Of a DNA stretch of 64,000 nucleotides, positions 57,363 through 64,000 are shown piece by piece. Where the stretch lies: positions 60,669 through 124,668 of the forward strand of contig CAVONQ010000003.1 of NCBI GenBank assembly GCA_963697335.1, written 5' to 3'. The notes under the pieces were generated by a model, which did not search any database, was not told the origin of the DNA, and was given only the letters and a program-made list of their open reading frames with translations. The position numbers were made by a program, and so were the translations under genes. This stretch comes from an uncultured cyanobacterium (GTDB lineage: Bacteria; Cyanobacteriota; Cyanobacteriia; PCC-6307; Cyanobiaceae). The stretch's first letter is position 1, and each line of letters begins with the position of its first letter.

Positions 57363-58784
57363 TCAGGCCACCGCCGGATCCTCCACCGAGGGGTCCTCCG
57401 CTGAGGGGTCAGCGGAGCCCGACTCCCCCAGGTGCAGCGTCTTGGCCCAGACCAGGCGCTTGGGCAGCAGGGCCATGCGCAGGCTGGTCCAGGGAATCAC
57501 CACGAACCAGTGGCCGAGATAGGCAATGCCGAGGGCCAGGTTCCAGGGAGCCATGGGCGGGAAGACCGGGCCCTCCGAGGGCCGACGGCAGCCCAGCAGG
57601 ATTGAGCAGCCTGACAGCCCGAAGGCCACGACCGATAGGGGCCAGATCAGCGGTGGGGTGGTGGTGAGCACGGCGCCGATCAGATCAGCCATCGCCACCA
57701 GGGGCATGGCGTACTGCAAGAGGAAGAAGCCGAACAAATCGAGCCGGCGGCGGCGGCTCACCTGGCGGGACAACAGCCCGGGCCCGTAGTCGAAGAAGCG
57801 CTGCAGACCACCCTCGGCCCAGCGCTGGCGCTGGCGCCAGAGCGCCCCCAGGCTGAGCACGGCCTCCTCCCGCACCGCAGGATTCCAGAGGATGCCGATC
57901 GACTGCCCCTGGAGCAGCAGCCGGAAGCTGAGGTCGAGATCGTCGGTGACCGTCGCCTCGTTGAAGCCGCCGGCGGCCAGGAGGGCTTCACGGCGCAGCA
58001 GCTGGCCGTTGCCGCGCAGCTCCACCACACCGCCGCGGCTCTGGCGCCCCTCCTGGACCACGGCGTCGAGGGCCATCTCCATCGACTGGGCCCGGGTGAG
58101 CCAGTTGTCCAGGGGGTTCACCACGGCCTTGCGCAGCTGCACCGCGCCCCACTCGCCCGCCTCGGCCCAGGGGATCAGGCGCTCGAGGGTGTCGCTCTGG
58201 AGGTCGGCATCGGCATCCAGCACCAGCATCCAGGGAGCCTGGAGCTGCTGCAGGGCCAGGTTCAGGGCTCCGGACTTGCCCCCGCCGGCATCGGCCTCGC
58301 GCCGCAGCACCCGCAGGAAGGGAAAGCGCTGGCGCAACTCAGCCAGCAGCTGGGGGGTGGCATCGGCACTGCCGTCATCCACTACCCACAGCTGCAGCTG
58401 ACCGGCGGGATAGCGCAGCGCCGCGATGCGCTCCACCAGCCGGCCGATCACGGCCTCCTCGTCGCGGGCGGCCACCACCACATCCACTGCACTGGCGCCT
58501 GGGCTGGGGATCCCGGCGGGGGCGTGGTTGGGGGCGCTGGCCTGCCTGGCCGCACCGGCACGACCCAGGCCCAGCGCCGGCAACAGCACCGCATAGACGC
58601 TGTAGCCCCCCAGCAGCAAGGCCATGCCGGTGGAGGGCCAGAGGCGCACGGCTGGATCGAGCCAGTGGGGCACCATGCCGGCCCAGCCGCAGGCGATCAC
58701 GAACAGCGCCGATTTGCCGCGGCGGCGATCAGCAACGCTGGCCGCCGGGCGAAGGCCGTGGGTGGTACTGCCGTCCGCGGCCAT
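57363..58784 (-). CDS. mgdA: GT2 glycosyltransferase, probable monoglucosyldiacylglycerol synthase
   Basis: ARDEE, DDGS, GKSGALN, DAD, LRGNGQ, TDDLDL, QRQRW; TM helices at both ends. Confidence 0.8.
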   Translation of the reverse strand: MAADGSTTHGLRPAASVADRRRGKSALFVIACGWAGMVPHWLDPAVRLWPSTGMALLLGGYSVYAVLLPALGLGRAGAARQASAPNHAPAGIPSPGASAVDVVVAARDEEAVIGRLVERIAALRYPAGQLQLWVVDDGSADATPQLLAELRQRFPFLRVLRREADAGGGKSGALNLALQQLQAPWMLVLDADADLQSDTLERLIPWAEAGEWGAVQLRKAVVNPLDNWLTRAQSMEMALDAVVQEGRQSRGGVVELRGNGQLLRREALLAAGGFNEATVTDDLDLSFRLLLQGQSIGILWNPAVREEAVLSLGALWRQRQRWAEGGLQRFFDYGPGLLSRQVSRRRRLDLFGFFLLQYAMPLVAMADLIGAVLTTTPPLIWPLSVVAFGLSGCSILLGCRRPSEGPVFPPMAPWNLALGIAYLGHWFVVIPWTSLRMALLPKRLVWAKTLHLGESGSADPSAEDPSVEDPAVA

Positions 58785-58808
58785 GGCGTTCCCGGAAGTG
58801 TGCGGACT

Positions 58809-60358
58809 CTAAGGGGCACTCCCAGGTGCTTTGGTGTCCAGGGAAGACAGGGGCTGCAGCGTGGTGCCGGGGTAGTAGCGGCTGAGGATCCGCTGCAGGG
58901 TCCAGCCCCGCCGGGCCAGGTCGATGGCTCCAGCCTGGGAAAGGCCGGCTCCGTGCCCGAAGCCGCCGCCATCGAAGCGCCAGCTGCCGGCACCGCTGGG
59001 GGCCACCACGAACAGGGTGCTCGGCAACTGGCGCAGGGTGCGGCGGATCGCATCCAGCCGCAGCACGGTGGAGCCGCCGCTGCCCTGGATGCCCAGGGCC
59101 AGCACCCGTCCGCTCACACCCCGCTCCAGCACCGACACGGTCTGGGGCGTGCCGAGCTGGGGCGCGGTGGCCCGCAGGGCCTGGCCGAGCTGGGCGGCCG
59201 TGAGGGTGCGGCTCCAGCGGAAGCGCGGGTGGTCGGCCCCGTAGAGGGCCGAGCCCCCCGAGAGCAGGGCCGGCAGTTGGGCGGGAGCCAGGGGCAGTGG
59301 AAAGCGGGCCTGCAGGGCCTCAGGGCCGTCCAGATTGGGCTTCAGGTAGGGGAGGGGAGGCCCGCTCCAGACCTCCTCGAAGCCAGCCGCCACGCCGCCG
59401 TTGGTGGCGTGATACACCGCATGAATGGGCTCCCCCTGCCAGCTCAGCACCTGGGAGCGGGTGGCCGCGATGGCCTGGCGCACCGCTGCACCGGCCAGGC
59501 GTGGATCGGCATAGACCTGGCACTGGGTATCGGCGCAGAGGTGGTAGCCGTCCACCTGGAAGCGGATCTGGTTGCGCAGGGCCCAGGTGCGGGCCAGCAC
59601 GGCCTGGGCAGCGAGGGCGGCCGGCGGGGAGCCGGCACCGATCTCGTGGGGCACCACCCCCTGGAGATAGCGCTCCACGGGAACCTCCTCCACAAGCGCC
59701 CAGCTGCCATAGGCATCGGGCTGGAGCCGGAACGGCCCCTGGAACAGGCCGCCTTTCCAGAGCAGCCCGCCCGGGGTCTCCAGCCGCACGGGGCCCTCCA
59801 TCAGCACGGGGCCATCGTCACGGCGCAGCTCCAGCACCGGCCGTTGGCTGAGGGTCTGCTCAAAGCGCCGGGCCGGGCCGAGGCCCTCCGGCAGGGGCGC
59901 CCCCAGGGGGGCCCACACCTCCCACTCGCGCGGATTGGCGATCAGGGGGGCAACCCCAGCGGCACGCCAGCGGCTGGCGGCCTCCTCGGCGCTCTCGAAG
60001 CTGGCGAAGGGGCCCAGCACCTGGCGGCGGATCTGCAGCGGCGGCTGCACCGGCACGGTGCGCCAGTGCAGCACCAGGCGCGGCGAGCTGTAGCGGGCAC
60101 CGGTTGCGGTGACCAGTGTCATCAGGCCACCGCCGCTGCGCAGCTCCAGGGGGGTCGTGCTGCTGAGCCGGGGGGCCAGGCCGACCCACAGCACCGGCTT
60201 GGCGGGGTCGATCCGGGGTGGTGGCGGCACCGGCCAGCCCAGCGTCGCCTGGGGGGGGGCGGGGCGAGGGGCTCGGCCCGGCAGCCCGTGCCCACCAGCA
60301 GGGCAACGGCCGAGAGGCTGGAGAGCGCCAGGCGGCGCAGGGATGGGGTGGCGGACAT
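58809..60358 (-). CDS. SpoIID/LytB-domain lipoprotein (lytic transglycosylase-like); apparent frameshift at G9 run 60251-60259
   Basis: ERYLQGVVPHE, LAAQAVLART, CQVY, GHGAGLSQ; signal peptide MSATPSLRRL..LVGTGC lies in another frame. Confidence 0.85.
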
Positions 60359-60442
60359 CGGCTCGGGGCGGACGGCAGGAGGAGCTTGGAGGATGGCGGG
60401 GCCAGGTCGTAAGGTGATTGTTTGTGCCCGCGCCGGGGAGAC

Positions 60443-60640
60443 ATGCCAAAGCTCAAGACCCGCAGAGCAGCCGCCAAGCGGTTCAAGGCCACCGGCACCG
60501 GCAAGTTCATGCGTCGCCGGGCCTTCCACAACCACCTGCTCGATCACAAGAGCCCGAAGCGCAAGCGCTACCTGGGCACGATGGCCGTCGTCGACGAGCG
60601 CGACGCCGACAACGTCAAGGGCATGCTGCCCTACGCCTGA
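60443..60640 (+). CDS. rpmI: 50S ribosomal protein L35
   Basis: [21 protein letters not shown]. Confidence 0.97.
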   Translation: MPKLKTRRAAAKRFKATGTGKFMRRRAFHNHLLDHKSPKRKRYLGTMAVVDERDADNVKGMLPYA

Positions 60641-60691
60641 GGGCACAGGCCACCCTTCCGCCCTCTGTTCATCTCCACCTGATTCCCTGCC

Positions 60692-61039
60692 ATGGCTCGC
60701 GTCAAGAGGGGCAACGTTGCCCGTAAACGCCGCAATAAAATTCTGAGATTGGCCCGCGGCTTCCGCGGCGGCAATGGCTCCCTCTTCCGCACCGCCAACC
60801 AGCGGGTGATGAAGGCCCTCTGCAATGCCTACCGGGACCGTCGCCGCCGCAAGCGCGATTTCCGCCGCCTCTGGATCGCCCGGATCAACGCCGCGGCCCG
60901 GATCAACGGCGTCAGCTACAGCCGCCTGATGGGTGGCCTCAAGAAGGCCGACGTACGCCTGAACCGCAAAATGCTGGCCCAGCTGGCCGTGGTCGACCCC
61001 GCCAGCTTCAGCAGCGTCGTCGGCTCCGCCCAGGCCTGA
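60692..61039 (+). CDS. rplT: 50S ribosomal protein L20
   Basis: [30 protein letters not shown]. Confidence 0.98.
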   Translation: MARVKRGNVARKRRNKILRLARGFRGGNGSLFRTANQRVMKALCNAYRDRRRRKRDFRRLWIARINAAARINGVSYSRLMGGLKKADVRLNRKMLAQLAVVDPASFSSVVGSAQA

Positions 61040-61079
61040 TCGTCGACGACCCGATCCCACCTCCCAGCCCCGGCGCCCC

Positions 61080-61628
61080 TTGGACACCTTGCTTCCCCAG
61101 GCCTATCTGATCGGCCTGGTTGTCTTGCTTGGCGTTGCCGCCGTGGTGGTGGCGCGCCAGTTCTGGAAGGTGCGCCAGGACGAGGTGACCCTGGCCCGCC
61201 TCGAACGCCAGGGCAATCAAGCCAACAAGACGGAGGCCAGCGATGCCGCCAGCTTCTATGAGCTCGGCTCGGTGCAGCTGCGCAAGCGGCTGTTCGGCCA
61301 AGCGGTGGAGAGTCTCAGCGAGGCCCGCCGGCTGGCCACGGCGGAGGAGGCCCCTGAGGAGGCTGTGGCCCTGATCGAAAACGCCCTTGGCTTCGCCCTG
61401 GCGGCCCAGAACAACTACAAGCTGGCCCTCAAGCACTACCGCGCTGCCCTCAAGGCCAAGCCCGATTACCCGGTGGCCCTCAACAACCTCGCCTATGCCC
61501 TGGAAAAGGTGCAGGACCCCGAACAGGCTCGCGCCACTTATCAAAAGGTGCTCGAACTGGACAGCGGCAACCGCACAGCCCTCAAACGTCTGAACAGGCT
61601 GGAACGCACCCAGGGAACGGCGGCCTGA
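61080..61628 (+). CDS. ycf37: TPR protein with N-terminal TM (Ycf37-like)
   Basis: TM helix, NALGFA, YPVALNNLAYA TPRs; after rplT. Confidence 0.7.
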   Translation: MDTLLPQAYLIGLVVLLGVAAVVVARQFWKVRQDEVTLARLERQGNQANKTEASDAASFYELGSVQLRKRLFGQAVESLSEARRLATAEEAPEEAVALIENALGFALAAQNNYKLALKHYRAALKAKPDYPVALNNLAYALEKVQDPEQARATYQKVLELDSGNRTALKRLNRLERTQGTAA

Positions 61629-61640
61629 GGGCCGCCAAAA

Positions 61641-62240
61641 TCACCACAGGCCTCGAACGGGCCCACTCGGGGCTGAACTCGGGGCTTTGGAGGGCTGGGA
61701 CTGGGGCTGCATCTCCAGCCGCCCCCCCGCATTGGTGAGCCGCGGGGCATTCCAGCCCGCCAGCGTCAGGCCCTGCTGGCCCGAGAACATGCCGCCCATC
61801 TCCAGGCCGCCCACATTGCAGCGGCAGAGCAGGATCAGGTCGAGCTGGTCAGACTCGGCATTGAGGTTGCCCTGCACCTGCGTCGAGGCGCCGTTGATGG
61901 TCATGGTGCCGCGCAGATCCACGATCTGACCCACCGCTCTCACCTCGGAGAGACTCAGGGCGGCGGGCACGACCTCGCTGCCCCCGAAGGCCTGGTAGGT
62001 GCCCACCCAGGACCTGGGGATCTCCCGCACCAGCAGCTCAGCCCGACCAACCGGATCAAAGGTCTCGACACTGCTGTCGCGCGGTTCGTCCCCCGTGTCG
62101 CTGAACCCGACAGGGAGGCTGAAGGGAAGAAAGCTGTCACTGCCGAAGGTCTGAGCCGCCACGGGCGCGGCCGTGAAGGGCAGGGCTGTGAAGGGCAGCG
62201 CGGCAAGGGGCAGGGCCGTCAACAGGAGCGTTCGAAGCAC
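61641..62240 (-). CDS. Secreted hypothetical protein
   Basis: Signal peptide ending VAAQ; beta-rich body (WVGTY, VDLRGTM, VQGNLNAESDQLDL). Confidence 0.7.
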   Translation of the reverse strand: MLRTLLLTALPLAALPFTALPFTAAPVAAQTFGSDSFLPFSLPVGFSDTGDEPRDSSVETFDPVGRAELLVREIPRSWVGTYQAFGGSEVVPAALSLSEVRAVGQIVDLRGTMTINGASTQVQGNLNAESDQLDLILLCRCNVGGLEMGGMFSGQQGLTLAGWNAPRLTNAGGRLEMQPQSQPSKAPSSAPSGPVRGLW

Positions 62241-62299
62241 GGCAGGGCCAGAGTTAGTGGGAGGCTAGAGCCATTGTGAGCCATGCGCCGGAAGCCATC

Positions 62300-63153
62300 G
62301 TGGTGCCCAACCCAACCGGGATCCCCCTCTCCGCCAGCGCCGCAGCGCCGGCGACCCTGCCGCTGGCAGCGACGACCTGCTGATCGGCGGACGCCGCTTC
62401 CGCAGTCGGCTGATGACCGGCACGGGCAAGTACGCCGATCTCGCCACCATGCAGGCCAGCCTGGAGCGCAGCGACTGCGCCATCGTCACCGTGGCGGTGC
62501 GCCGGGTGCAGAGCGGCGCGCCGGGCCACGGCGGCCTGATGCAGGCGATCGACTGGCAGCGCATCTGGATGCTGCCGAACACCGCCGGCTGCGCCACCGC
62601 CGAGGAAGCGGTGCGGGTGGCCCGGCTCGGGCGGGAGCTGGCCGACTGGCCGGGCAGGAGGACAACAGCTTCGTGAAGCTGGAGGTGATTCCCGACAGCC
62701 GCCACCTGCTGCCCGATCCTTTCGGCACCCTGGAGGCGGCCGAGCAACTGGTGAAGGAAGGCTTCACAGTGCTGCCGTACATCAATGCCGACCCGCTGCT
62801 GGCCAAGCGCCTGGAGGAGGTGGGCTGCGCCACGGTGATGCCGCTGGCCTCACCGATCGGCTCCGGCCAGGGCATTCGCAATGGCGCCAACATCGCCCTG
62901 ATCATCGAGAACGCCGACCGTGCCAGTGGTGGTGGACGCAGGCATCGGTGTGCCCAGCGAAGCGGCCGAGGCCATGGAGATGGGAGCCGACGCCCTGCTG
63001 ATCAACAGCGCCATCGCCCTGGCCGGGAACCCTACCCCTGATGGCCCAGGCCATGGCCCAGGCCTGCCAGGCCGGACGCCATGGCCTTTCAAGCCGGACG
63101 GCTGCGCGGCGCCCCAGGCCAGCCCCAGCTCCCCCGGCCAGGCGCGGAGCTGA
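62300..63153 (+). CDS. thiG: Thiazole synthase, with several apparent frameshifts
   Basis: [43 protein letters not shown] spread over different frames. Confidence 0.9.
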
Positions 63154-63259
63154 TCGCCCTCTGCTGGTGCTGCATGAACTTCCGTTGACGTTCTCGCCGA
63201 CGGTCGGCCTGACAGCCGGGCTGGTCTTCATAAGGTCAGCGCCCCTAGATCCCAGGTCC

Positions 63260-63431
63260 GTGCAGGTCACCGAAGAAGACGCCGGCAAGCTGCGATGCCT
63301 TCGCCCGGGAGCCCCGCATCGTCGTGATGGAGGAGGGCGAGCGCAGCAGCAGCCAGTCGCGGTTGCTGCTGATCGGCGCGGCCGTTCTGGTGCTGGCCCT
63401 GGTGGTGGTCGCCGTCGGGATCAGCGGCTGA
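63260..63431 (+). CDS. psb34: Psb34 (ssl1498-like) PSII assembly protein, one apparent extra base
   Basis: MQVTEEDAGKL-/AFAREPRI... then a single TM helix; 172 nt = 57 codons + 1. Confidence 0.7.
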
Positions 63432-63521
63432 GAGCGCCGGAACGCCTGCAGTAGCTTGCCCCGATCAGCGACAGCTCCGTCCTGAAGGGGTCGGGGTTTT
63501 CGGAATGCAGGTTTCGGGGAA

Positions 63522-64000
63522 ATGAAGGTGTTCGTTTCGGTCGCCATGGCTTCTGCGGCTCGGCCCTGCGCGGTCAACCTGGCGAATTCCGGCCACGAGT
63601 GGTGATCGTCGACGACCTGGCCGCGCGCAAGTCGACGTGGACCTGGAGGTCGAGTCGCTGACGCCGATCGCCACCATGGCGAGCGCCTGCGGGCCTGGGA
63701 GCAGGTGGGGGGTCGGGCCATCGCTTCGTGCGGATGGACATCGCCCAGGAGACACGCGCCTGCTCGACCTGCTGCGCGATGAGCGCCCCACCGCCGTGGT
63801 TCACTTCGCCGAGCAGAGGGCAGCCCCCTACTCGATGAAGTCCATCGCCACCAAGCGCTCACCGTGGACAACAACGTCAACGGCACCCACGACCTGCTGG
63901 CCGCGATGGTGGAGAGCGGCCTCGACATTCGCATCGTGCACCTGGGCACGATGGGGTGTACGCTATGGCTCGCACCCGGGCGCCACGTTCCCGAGGGCTA
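63522..64000 (+). CDS. sqdB: UDP-sulfoquinovose synthase (5' part, many apparent indels, runs off the window)
   Basis: Fragments MKVFV..GFCG..PCAVNLA, LEVESLTPI, VVHFAEQRAAPYSMK, VHLGTMG. Confidence 0.85.

Overview
High-GC (roughly 70% by eye) chromosomal backbone of a freshwater or brackish picocyanobacterium (Cyanobium / Synechococcus subcluster 5.2-like, inferred from gene content and order). It is mostly core genes: lysS, srrA, mreBCD, ssb, ahcY, tsaE, mutY, a group-2 sigma factor, mgtE, gpx, gyrB, miaA, infC, plmA, tRNA-Gly(GCC), cysE, secA, rfbABCD, ribH, psbZ, mutS, cobH, holA, lysC, uvrB, tilS, rnj-dapA-asd, tig-clpP-clpX, dnaX, mgdA, rpmI-rplT, thiG, psb34 and sqdB. I found no transposase, integrase, prophage, CRISPR array or intein. 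The best candidates for something undescribed are four. (1) A translationally coupled NDP-hexose 2,3-dehydratase + GT2 cassette with no adjacent partner reductase or aminotransferase. (2) A 43-codon Pro/Arg-rich uORF whose stop overlaps the TTG start of asd. (3) Recurrent tandem microduplications with a 15-nt period in eight genes. (4) A lower-GC islet encoding a secreted protein with two repeated Cys-containing domains. The last ~1.7 kb has many frameshifts typical of a low-quality contig end. All calls come from reading the sequence by eye; no searches were run.
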